DNA of 64,000 nucleotides from a virus: IMG/VR virus record IMGVR_UViG_3300042691_015370, positions 32,001 to 96,000 of that record; one strand, 5' to 3'. Shown piece by piece: positions 49,501 to 57,391 of this stretch (position 1 is its first letter; each line of letters starts with the position of its first letter). The notes under the pieces were generated by a model. It saw only the letters and a program-made list of their open reading frames with translations, ran no database searches and was not told where the DNA came from. The position numbers and the translations under genes were made by a program.

Positions 49501-52500
49501 AAAACGACCGCCACCGCCGTACCCACCATAGCCGCCATAGCCGCCACCGCCGCCGTATCCACCACCCATTCCGCCACCAGCAGCAGTGACAGGATCTGAC
49601 AAACGACCAGTTCTTCTAAACTCTTCATCAAGAATTTCTTGATCAGAAAGGTTAAAGCTCTTCTTTAATCTTTCGTACTGAGCGGCAGCTTGAGCTTGTT
49701 GTTGAGCAACATCTTCTGGGCTACCAGCACCGGGACTGAACGCCTGACCCAGAGCGCCGTATGCTCTTGTAGCTGCCTTCGCTCTTCTCTCTTGCCACCT
49801 AGCAGCACCCTCGTCTGCACTCAGTTCACCTGAAACGACGTCATCCCAAATGTCGGCACTCTTGCCCTCTGGGAACAGTCCTCTGCGAGCAGCAGCTTTT
49901 TGTCTTGGGGTTAAGGCTTCCCAATTACCATCACTCAAGTTACGCGCAGCCTGACGCTGGTCAGCAGCGAACTTGGCCTTACGGGCAGCAGCGTCAGACT
50001 CGGCTTTACGATCAGCATCTGCCGTTTCATTTTCGGCCCGAGCACGACGACGTTGCTCTGCTTTCTCCTGTCGCCGTTTTTCGTTCGCTTCGGCAGCCGC
50101 AGCAATAGCGGCTAGACGATCAGCTTCAGTGGCAGGACCGACAAAAGGAGTGCCACCACCATCAATAACATTAGTACCTGCACCCAGTGCTCTGCGCTCT
50201 GCGAGTCTAGCTCTTCTTGCTTCAATATATGGGTCTACTGGAGGTAGAGCAAGAGGCTGTCGTGGCCCATAAAGCGGAATTGGCACACCAGTACCCGGAA
50301 TGTCGGTACCAATCATTAACTCTCTAGCAGAGAAGCGGCGCTGTTCAGGGGTAACTCCCGGCCCCAAGGCAAGAGGTGTTGCAGATCTACCGAGTGCCTC
50401 AGCAGCGGTTGCAGCAGCATCAGTGCCCACAGCAACTGCATGCATCTCAAGAGCCGCCGTGTCCGCAAGGAGAGCTAGCCTCAGTTCTGATGCAGTAGCT
50501 GTAAGGGAATCTAATTCACTGACAAGAACGGCTCCAGAGACTCCCGTGGCAGTAGTACGAGATCTTGCTACTTCATTAGCTCTTGTGAAAATAGCGATCT
50601 GTTCTGGTGTGGCTTCTCCCGAAGCAACTAGGGGTCGCAATTCAGCAAAGTACTCACTTGGAGATAGCTTTGACTGACTCGTTGGGAACAGTGCGTCGGG
50701 ACCACTTAGTCTGTCACCTCTACCAACAATAATCCCCTGATCTTCAAGGATCTGGCGATAAGCTGGATCTAGACCCAGCATATTCTCCATACGATGCTGA
50801 GCTTCGTGCAGGGCTGTAGCCGGTCCAGCGCCGAGAGTTGCTGCACCAGCAGCACCAACCTCACGACTCGTGCCTCCACTAGCTACCCAATCGTCAACAC
50901 CAGCAATCATCTCTGAGTTCATTACCCAGCGACCATCACCCGTCATTGCCCCTAGACGGCCACGGAACTCATCGCTTAGTTCTGAAACAACCTCGGTTCT
51001 TAGATCACCCAGCAGGTTAGGTGCCCCTGCTTGCATAGAACGCATGTATGCTTCAATACCAGATGCGCTACCCAAAATGTCAGGACGACGAGGGGTGCTA
51101 TAAGCGTCAGAACCGGGACCAAGCTCTGGCGGGCGCTTGCCTTCTTGACTTCTGCGAAGTTCTTCCTCTACCTGCTGACTAATTACCTCTGCACTTGGCA
51201 TAAGGCTAACTTGTCTTGGGCTTGGCCCATAAATGGTGCGGTAACCATCATTTCCATAGTAATGAGACAACTTACTGGTGCCCGTCAGGCCCCAGTTTTG
51301 AGACACCGCCTCTGTGTCGTAAAGCGATCCGTAGCTTCCAGACTTAGCATCTAGCCATTCATTATAGGCTCTAATCATCCTTTGTCGAGTACGAAGCGAG
51401 TGATCATATATGTTGTCACGGAACCCTTCAATCCACTGTACATCACCCTCGTCCTCAAGCTGCATTTGAACGAAGTTGATAGCATCAGAAGATTGGGTTT
51501 TACGGTATCTATTGGGACGACTGAATGCTGTCTCACCAGAACCAAGCTCGCCCCTGAAAGGTGGTGGGAAGAGTTCGCTATATGAGAAGGCTCCCCTGAA
51601 GGGTGGTGGCTGTGTTCTGTAGCTTGGCAGTGGCGGAGGAATAGGTCCAGTGTAAGGTGGTAGTCCCCAACCGGGGCCTGAGTATTCGGGACGAGTAACT
51701 CCGGGCAGAGAACCAGTATAAGGAGGCGGTGTTAAAGCTTGCTTATTAGCATCCCATTGAGCTTCAAAGATCTTGTACTGAGCCTCGTCGTCGGTCAAAA
51801 TGCCACGACGAATCATGCGCTCAATACTTGCGGCCGCTGTTACACTAGAATCACGAAGCCGCTCCAAAGACTCTCGCAAATTGGCAGGTACCTCAAGCCG
51901 ACCAGCAGCTAGCCTCTGCTTTTCTGTCCATTCGCTACTATCATCAACGTCGGAACCAGCAAACAGCTTGTTCCACATGATGTCTTTGACACGCTTCTGT
52001 TGAGCAATCTGCTCGGCAGTGCCACGACCAACATCGTAACCAATAACCTCTGCACTAGGTACAGGGCTAAAACGAGATACCCGTCTTGGAGAAGGACCAA
52101 TAACGTTACCATATAGATCATAAGAAAGACCTATAGTACTACCGCCTAGCCCTTCACGAGCCAATCTTTCTTGAATTGCTCCTTGTCGCTGACGGCTTCT
52201 AGGGAAAGCTTCTGCAATTTCTGCACCCGGCTTATTCTCTGTTAGCATGAAGGGCAATGCAGCGTCTTCTATAGCCTGCATGGCAAGGAAGTTCATGTAG
52301 TCAGAAGACTGCGGCCTATTCGGAGTGCTGAAGATAGTGCGGCCCGTGCCTAGAGCAAGCTGCTCACGCACGAAGGAGTCAGTATCAAGACCATACAGCC
52401 AGTCTTTAAGCTCCCTGTTACGAGGACTCTTGCTCAAAACTTGTCCGAAGATATCACCCTCATTGCGAGAAACAACATCACGAACATTCCGAGCAGCCAA

Positions 52501-55500
52501 GCTTGGACTACCGCCTCTACCCAATTCTGAGTAAAGATCAATGAGAGTAAATCCAGCCCTAGGATCGTACATAAAGTTACTAGCTGAACCAGTGTCTGGA
52601 CTAAGGCCCCGCATTCCAACCGCAATCAGAGATTGCAGCATGGCTCGTACCTGAACGATCTCAGGCACAATACCCTTACCCTGCCCAAGAGCCATACCGG
52701 GCGCTAGGCGAGTAATCGGGTGACCGAGCTTATCGACAGCAGCAAGTTGCTCAACACCCGGAATGCCGATTACTTGCTGTAACCCTCTAGTACGCTCTAG
52801 TAGTCGAGCATCTGCAACTTCTGGGAACTCTCCAGTACCCTCATACAGCATCTCATAAATTGAGGGGTTCTCTGGCAGCGGCTCACGCCAAACATAAGAA
52901 GATTTGCCTGCTTTGAATCCATAGGCAGCAGCCTGTGACCCAATACCAATGGGTGAACCAAGAATCTTGCCACGATAAGCGAGAGCCAACTCTTTATCAA
53001 GAGCGGCGCGTTCTTTCGATCTGGCTAGCTGCGCAGCAAGACGTGACTGAGAGGGATCACTGTATTGAGTTGAGGCACCGGGCAGTGCAAGACGTTCAGC
53101 AACACTGCGAGAAATAAGGGGAGTCGCAAGAGCTTGAGCTTCAACCAAAAGAGCCTGAGCTTCAGGACCATCAAGTCTACGCAGTCGTTGAGCGAGGTCC
53201 AAAGAGGCTTGCGGCACTCCCCTTATTTCTCTAACAGATTGGGCAGCATTTTCTACATTACCAAGAGCTTTTTCGACCAAACCGCGCTTACTGTATTGAC
53301 GAGGCAACATATCAAGCTGATAGTCAATAGATGTAAATCCTCTATCGCCCGTAGTGTCGTAGAGAACATTCTTCCAATGACCGTCGCCATGGATACCCCG
53401 CAAACCCAAAGCCGCTTGAGTCCTGAAAAGCGCAAGAATCTCATCCTTAGTGGGGATGTTTCCGAAATACGTTCCCTCGTTTTGTCTATCAACTATTTGC
53501 TTAATAGTTTGGCCGGGGGCACGACGAGTAATTGGCCTACCATCACTAACGGCAACCAACTGCTCCGCACCCGGAATTCCAATAGCCGCCTTAAGACTAT
53601 CTAGTCTAGAATAGATGTTTGGATTTAGCCTTCTGATATCTCTTCTTGCAACATACTCTTGCGAACCCGCAGCAAAACCATAGGCGGAACTGTTCATACC
53701 AGTACCCAACGCCTCTTGGGTTAAGTTTCCACCTCTCAATATTTCATTTAGTGCCAAGCGATCAGACGAACGTTGCAGTTGTGTTATGAGACGAGCATTA
53801 GAAGGAGTACTGTAAGCGTCACGCGGCATGCCAATAGCGAGGCGCTCATCTCTGGCCCAACGTTTTTCAAGATTGAGTTCACGAGAACCCATTGCCATAG
53901 CTTGCTTATGAAGCTTATTGAAGTCCAGTGCCATACCACCAAACTGTTGGCGTAGCGGCTCATACGCTTGAGTGAACCAAGCACGGGTAAAATCATTGGA
54001 CATCTGCGGGAAGGCAAGCTCAGTGGCTGCGACTTCGGCCGTCAATTCATATGGAGTTGCTCTAGAGTAGTTGCTTGGTACAAATCCTGTACCACCAACA
54101 AGACTTCTTCTAGACTGATCTTCAAACGGTGCGCCGGTCCATCTACCGCCAATGTCCGCAATTAACTGTTTACGGTTTTGTGGCACGGGCAGGAAATGTC
54201 CAGCCTCATGAGCAAACAAGGTGCCAAACAAACCTCTACCAACAAGTGCGTTTTCATTATTAACACTCTTGGGCTGTAAACCGCCGAAAAGACGACTACG
54301 AACACCCATAAATCTAGGAGCAAACCCAGACTCACCGAGCATCCTGCCATACTGCCTTTCCCAAGGACTATTAGCATCGGAAGCTACCCTAACGCCCAAG
54401 GCACCGAACTTTGCTACACCAGAACCAAAGCGGCTATCATAGTCAGCCATCATGGAAGCCAAAACAGGCATTGGAGCATTGGCAAATGGCCGTCTTAGCT
54501 GCGTAAGGTCAGTGCCCTTCTTGAGGATATCGGTATTAAAAGTACCATTGAATACGCTATTAAGCGCATCAAGACTTGTTTGGTTAATACTTCGAGATAC
54601 ACGCGTTCTACGGGGACCGACATCATCAAACGATGGGAAGGGCTGGATAGGGGCGAACCGGCTCGTTTGAGAAAAGGCTTGAGGGTACAAGAACTTAGCG
54701 GCAGAAACCGCTTCACGCTCACTGCTAAAGTTTGGAATAATCTTCGCAGCTTCACCGAGTGGATTAAAATTACCTGCACTAGAGAGCATTGCATCAACAA
54801 GTGCTGGCGCATTTCTAAGAGACTTAGCCCTAGCACGAGATGCCATAAACTGCGTCGGTCCATGCCATTGCTCAATAGATGGATCAACAAGAGCTTCTAG
54901 TTTGGGTAGAATCTCTCGGTACTCACGAGTCCGCTGTAGCTGTTGCTCAAGACGTTGCGAGATTGTGCCCGATCGTGGCGTCGAATAAGCGGTCTGCCCC
55001 GCACCAAGCGCTGGGATGCCAAGGTCAGCCAAAGGATCATTTGAACGAGCTTGAAGAGCTAGACGAGCACCCTTGCTAATAAGTCCAGCGTCACCAAGCT
55101 TGGTAATGTCAGCTTCCCAGATACGGCCAGAGTAGAACTTATCACCAGAGAGTCTACCGTCTAGCAATCTACCGGGCTGCACCATACGTGCAACACCGGC
55201 GTTTGCAAATCTCTCCCATAGCGCATTAGCCTGCAATGACACAACATTATCAGACCTTGCCGTAGTAACGCCAAGCCCTGACATCAGCCTTAGCATACTA
55301 TCAATGTACATCCCAGAGCCAAGACCACGACCCCGAGCGCTCGCATCAAGTGAACTTAATGCAACACTAGCAGTTGATGGTTGCCGTACATTTGGAACAT
55401 TCCAGTCAATAAAGCCACGGGCAGAATCACCGGGCTGTCCAAAGTTGTAGTTAAAGGATAGTGGAACGGTAGAATTCTGTAGCGGTGAACTATAAGCATT

Positions 55501-56997
55501 TCTGCCGGGAGTCAATTGACGGGACTGTCGTGCAACGTTCTGTAGAGCATTCTCCTGCTGCCAACGATTGAAAGCAATGTCGGCAGGAGTTATAACCTGA
55601 CCAGAGCCAGTTGTTACTACCTGTGGTCCACCGATACGTTCACCAAACGTTCTTTGAGACAGTGAAGTGGAGGGAACATACTGAGGCAAAGCAAATGTCT
55701 GCCGATACGGCAAAGCCCCAGCTTGAGATGCTGGGGCTAGCGAAGCAGAACCGGTTGGTAGACCAGAAACCGCTGCCGCCTTGCGCTCCAGAGCATCGAT
55801 CAGACCCTGCTCTGCTGCGGCGAAACGACCGTAGCTACCAGTCAGAACAGAGGTTTGTCGATCTAGGGCACGGGACTTGCTCTGAAGGGCACGAATCAGT
55901 ACCTGTTCCTCAAGAGCAAGTTGACTGCCAGTATTTCCATAACCCGGCTTTGCTGGCTCAGTGGCGGGGGCTGTCGGAACCGCCCTAAGTACAGGCTGGA
56001 CAGGAATAGCAATAGCAAGCTGAGCAGACTGACGCTCTTCTCTGCGACGATCTACGAGCGCCTGAGGTGCCACTGGAGCGGGGATCGCCACCATGGCGGG
56101 TTGCTGCACAGAGGTCGCAATAGGACGTGGCAGAGCGGGCTGTGAAGCCTGTACTGATGGGGTGGGAAGTTGACGTGGCCCGCCGACAGCAACGGCCAGA
56201 ACCTGATTATAGGCACGAGCAACTCTATCCCTCGTACTCTGGGCAGCAAACCTGTTGGCCGCAACAATCTCTTTCTGAGAACGAATGACCTGATTCTGGA
56301 ATGCATTGGTCTGCTCCAGCAGAGCCGTGTACTGACGTGCCTGTGCAGTCTGTCCACGGAGAATGCTTTCAAGATCCTTGTTGTACCGATCAGTGATAGC
56401 TGAACTGGTCAGTACCGGAGCGGCAGCGGCGACGTTTCTCGTCACCGACGAAGTTGTAGACGCTATGGCAATAAGGCTGGCTTCTCTGTCGAGCCGCTGA
56501 TTGAAGACCTTGGAGATATCCTCAATACGAATGTTGTCCAGTACGGCAAAAAGTTGCTGTGACTTCTGAGTGAAAGCTGAAGAGAAGACTCGTTCAATTT
56601 CTGCCTGTTGCTGTGGGGCAAAGAAGTTGAAGCCACGAATCTGTTGTTTCAGCTTGTCAAAGTAGAGATCACCGAACCTGTTCAGATCCTGAATCTGGCG
56701 ACCGATGACACGAGATGATGCAGCAAGCTGAGCCTGCATAAGCGCAGCAACACGGCCCTGTGCGGCCATGAGTTCACGCATCTCACCTCGTGAGGTGGCA
56801 ATCGCAGATGTCGCAATAGTATTAGGTGATCCTAGTGCTGCAAGAGTTGTGGGGGGAGCGAGTTCCCCGGCAACACCACCAGCACCCCCTAGGGCACCGG
56901 CCTCAAGCGCACGCAACGAGTTGGCAGTCTCACGAACGCCTCTCTGAATGCCAGAGGTATCAAGATCTACACTAATAAGCCAGCGATCTTCTGCCAT
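43597..56997 (-). CDS. giant tape measure protein (4466 aa) with N-terminal polyvalent enzyme array
   Basis: Lies between frameshifted chaperone and Dit-like genes; TMP core (~49330-48450, IVDLSKETGVGADEI); Ala-rich helical C-terminus; GNAT, 2x HExxH and 2x kinase-like modules in the N-terminal half. Confidence 0.93.
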   Translation of the reverse strand: MAEDRWLISVDLDTSGIQRGVRETANSLRALEAGALGGAGGVAGELAPPTTLAALGSPNTIATSAIATSRGEMRELMAAQGRVAALMQAQLAASSRVIGRQIQDLNRFGDLYFDKLKQQIRGFNFFAPQQQAEIERVFSSAFTQKSQQLFAVLDNIRIEDISKVFNQRLDREASLIAIASTTSSVTRNVAAAAPVLTSSAITDRYNKDLESILRGQTAQARQYTALLEQTNAFQNQVIRSQKEIVAANRFAAQSTRDRVARAYNQVLAVAVGGPRQLPTPSVQASQPALPRPIATSVQQPAMVAIPAPVAPQALVDRRREERQSAQLAIAIPVQPVLRAVPTAPATEPAKPGYGNTGSQLALEEQVLIRALQSKSRALDRQTSVLTGSYGRFAAAEQGLIDALERKAAAVSGLPTGSASLAPASQAGALPYRQTFALPQYVPSTSLSQRTFGERIGGPQVVTTGSGQVITPADIAFNRWQQENALQNVARQSRQLTPGRNAYSSPLQNSTVPLSFNYNFGQPGDSARGFIDWNVPNVRQPSTASVALSSLDASARGRGLGSGMYIDSMLRLMSGLGVTTARSDNVVSLQANALWERFANAGVARMVQPGRLLDGRLSGDKFYSGRIWEADITKLGDAGLISKGARLALQARSNDPLADLGIPALGAGQTAYSTPRSGTISQRLEQQLQRTREYREILPKLEALVDPSIEQWHGPTQFMASRARAKSLRNAPALVDAMLSSAGNFNPLGEAAKIIPNFSSEREAVSAAKFLYPQAFSQTSRFAPIQPFPSFDDVGPRRTRVSRSINQTSLDALNSVFNGTFNTDILKKGTDLTQLRRPFANAPMPVLASMMADYDSRFGSGVAKFGALGVRVASDANSPWERQYGRMLGESGFAPRFMGVRSRLFGGLQPKSVNNENALVGRGLFGTLFAHEAGHFLPVPQNRKQLIADIGGRWTGAPFEDQSRRSLVGGTGFVPSNYSRATPYELTAEVAATELAFPQMSNDFTRAWFTQAYEPLRQQFGGMALDFNKLHKQAMAMGSRELNLEKRWARDERLAIGMPRDAYSTPSNARLITQLQRSSDRLALNEILRGGNLTQEALGTGMNSSAYGFAAGSQEYVARRDIRRLNPNIYSRLDSLKAAIGIPGAEQLVAVSDGRPITRRAPGQTIKQIVDRQNEGTYFGNIPTKDEILALFRTQAALGLRGIHGDGHWKNVLYDTTGDRGFTSIDYQLDMLPRQYSKRGLVEKALGNVENAAQSVREIRGVPQASLDLAQRLRRLDGPEAQALLVEAQALATPLISRSVAERLALPGASTQYSDPSQSRLAAQLARSKERAALDKELALAYRGKILGSPIGIGSQAAAYGFKAGKSSYVWREPLPENPSIYEMLYEGTGEFPEVADARLLERTRGLQQVIGIPGVEQLAAVDKLGHPITRLAPGMALGQGKGIVPEIVQVRAMLQSLIAVGMRGLSPDTGSASNFMYDPRAGFTLIDLYSELGRGGSPSLAARNVRDVVSRNEGDIFGQVLSKSPRNRELKDWLYGLDTDSFVREQLALGTGRTIFSTPNRPQSSDYMNFLAMQAIEDAALPFMLTENKPGAEIAEAFPRSRQRQGAIQERLAREGLGGSTIGLSYDLYGNVIGPSPRRVSRFSPVPSAEVIGYDVGRGTAEQIAQQKRVKDIMWNKLFAGSDVDDSSEWTEKQRLAAGRLEVPANLRESLERLRDSSVTAAASIERMIRRGILTDDEAQYKIFEAQWDANKQALTPPPYTGSLPGVTRPEYSGPGWGLPPYTGPIPPPLPSYRTQPPPFRGAFSYSELFPPPFRGELGSGETAFSRPNRYRKTQSSDAINFVQMQLEDEGDVQWIEGFRDNIYDHSLRTRQRMIRAYNEWLDAKSGSYGSLYDTEAVSQNWGLTGTSKLSHYYGNDGYRTIYGPSPRQVSLMPSAEVISQQVEEELRRSQEGKRPPELGPGSDAYSTPRRPDILGSASGIEAYMRSMQAGAPNLLGDLRTEVVSELSDEFRGRLGAMTGDGRWVMNSEMIAGVDDWVASGGTSREVGAAGAATLGAGPATALHEAQHRMENMLGLDPAYRQILEDQGIIVGRGDRLSGPDALFPTSQSKLSPSEYFAELRPLVASGEATPEQIAIFTRANEVARSRTTATGVSGAVLVSELDSLTATASELRLALLADTAALEMHAVAVGTDAAATAAEALGRSATPLALGPGVTPEQRRFSARELMIGTDIPGTGVPIPLYGPRQPLALPPVDPYIEARRARLAERRALGAGTNVIDGGGTPFVGPATEADRLAAIAAAAEANEKRRQEKAEQRRRARAENETADADRKAESDAAARKAKFAADQRQAARNLSDGNWEALTPRQKAAARRGLFPEGKSADIWDDVVSGELSADEGAARWQERRAKAATRAYGALGQAFSPGAGSPEDVAQQQAQAAAQYERLKKSFNLSDQEILDEEFRRTGRLSDPVTAAGGGMGGGYGGGGGYGGYGGYGGGGRFYGNNGKPSRFTAFRQAVRGDDSLGGWFGEGAIQSMKYALPSMLLFGVGAGLVGALKEAEELKFALARLDSQLAQTFGEDAKGKIDGIKQAIVDLSKETGVGADEIAKMEISIRGAFLGETIKGAGDRSISGEELVKEQREAAAKLAVVADLPTKTLSDQAIAIGLSFGESNELIGNKLTAVASESGVDVASQVEFLSSIAPIAKQSGFTSDEIIAIGATIAQTSGRTGGALAEQLGRVLPSVPGNKDALLQLAYKDPGFGPDFIDALREGTTADVFKALPQALPNISKESEEQLYQLLGGRREAGVVIGAFAKPQNTERFEARASDSEGALEKRFERQKETLTTQMRILGEQFRTIMVYALDAGLEDMFKVLIDSLKLLATVISPVAKLFTFINEILGGTPAKILGAVAAWKLLRMAIQHGGEVMTRTNAIYTGAMTQGVGGFYSPVGKATVLDPTKYPDGSDAVAKPMPDGKGGYYAVTPTGARYAVDENGKSQVLYSGTSEQRRMAGNVWAPDSFAQYRSNIQRGMYDRAGGFAARYENYRSGAPIGRGGVRLAGPILPDSGTGKIQAGLRAGVGTAATKIGGGGAAALAGAVGSLVSNPFIAIMALTAAYSAVNSMLDQDTAALRELYETSKEGNEGARKLAALGIDGSESALSKRAAELRSQARTAESDRGGWDRWWRPIFNRESEASILRGQAVLAEIPIERATALDDLRANPEIAREVYFQTFGMTAALSGGFNDRGVAGGAAIAGGGSRGTRPGRDATPRQIREAFGRQSPALQEMQRENIDEARLSLRRRAKNEQSLLNQIFDDNGIVGGSSGRLRTERLSDNEAALKAAYAEALGYQNPDNMSAEVVEVITADDPQAELERMQAEGNLNEDQVARIRAGLEKAAQVSLDDPETQRKMREAKLEDMTRAERLNFDITEASSRFSAGRTGTKGLIEESTEALRTMRQSMYGGDTAPSEEDLQAYAQAKRQAEQQISQALRGEVDRSLQMMEIFGASEAGIQAAQLSAYVDLLNNASFDDRDQRLEVAAQVVDAKKAFYASLFANTTDDASVIERMRQDEGLRAANNAVITDSFKASEAFAAGIEAYDAIRARSGSNEAGPADGDTFSRKDALGANVNYTYDADKELWIAEDDQGTAQPGRNATTAQLVKDFGYTPPTGEDSVFGEGLIPRSALSGEAFTESIVRDYLDDNTLSASNTRDLKSSFAVTKDKLAELKADPEASEEDIKKLEEHLQFLYALLEFVGMAGDVKLPAGVAPPPDLPSPEEVERNLKRQEDAFILAGEEREDNREYRRSRINAMRSNDPVAAAVAEENAARDKRDRIIRDRDRAQARGGEDWSEEAQQQYADDLEDANFDVEESEIETRNARRQQERRTRAARAGAQGAKQAATGDTLGAARTNWEAAAIEWQKAKESFAAGEATQADVDEAEQAYWAAQSQYMDAITASATRRFRLANSRTFNPMEIARNNVLAAIAARDRYAPGTAEWDEANVAVGEAQKAEFEQGIAVNRSRNSLNIARWAGGNDVKRAYGALLNNQFDIDVASGKGDEAALNAALEQKLELQRAFELALNAQMQSLGRLFKALAKDSLQGANIDVAVAQNSLADMERIFGKDSAQYADAWTALLEAEKAQRAAYAARVRALFGLKKSRTNDNLANANMDTQAAAQILADARKGGDIDEIMAAEEAYNNAIKAERQAYRARVEALFGLLNARTRDPMQQSDNNIKMLNQLLADAKKANDIDAIIDLETRLADAQRTAADAMQNIRTSAMELRQAELLAIEDEVGAAQVARQQAQAQLQYGIDQGMGEAEINRLRAAAISADKAAQDAVYTDRYDEYKYMLEMNEISKSTYMAHIKNLQSTVIPGSKKFKELELELKRLKDDMSSDLSINMPSTLGLPTVYEIRRMNQQTSYNAGGQAMGYTDGRQLNMGGVTINSGMDFQQFMDVMIQFMGVPGTRGSYEPHY

Positions 56998-57032
56998 ATT
57001 TCCTCGCTCTTAACGCACCTGCACTCTAAACC

Positions 57033-57061
57033 TTAACGGCTAGAGCTTACTTAAATCTAGC
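57033..57061 (-). promoter_or_regulatory. putative late promoter (GCTAGATT-N15-CGTTAA) upstream of TMP
   Basis: Motif shared with three other sites upstream of late-type genes. Confidence 0.5.
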
Positions 57062-57391
57062 AGCATATGCATTTTCTTCCCAGTCGGCAGGATCTGACGA
57101 AGACTGAGAACTGCTGCCACTAGAGTACTTCTCTTCCCTCTTCTGTTTCATGATCTTGAAATGTGTATCAAGCTCATGGTCGAGATGCCACTTCCAATGT
57201 TCCGGCATCTCATCCTCAGCCAAATTCTCTTGCCACGACAAGATTCTCAAAGCATGATCAATAGTCAGCATAAGGTCCGCTGGGACGCTCTCAACATTGA
57301 ATCCCTGTGGAAACAGGGTTTGAACGCCACCAGCGGCCTTAGCTACCGAGACAAGTTTTAGAAACTGAGGATCTCCGCTCAGTCTTTTCCC
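57047..57391 (-). CDS. tail assembly chaperone, frameshift extension (gpGT-like)
   Basis: -1 frame open from GGGAAAA through RLSGDPQFLK... into the 57047-57271 ORF (EMPEHWKWH). Confidence 0.85.
   Translation of the reverse strand, partial: GKRLSGDPQFLKLVSVAKAAGGVQTLFPQGFNVESVPADLMLTIDHALRILSWQENLAEDEMPEHWKWHLDHELDTHFKIMKQKREEKYSSGSSSQSSSDPADWEENAYAARFK

Noticed and set aside
43603-56403. Numerous 60-157 aa alternative-frame and antisense ORFs within the TMP
   Set aside because: Shadow ORFs with no recognisable motifs; the same applies to overlaps in dnaE and the tail genes
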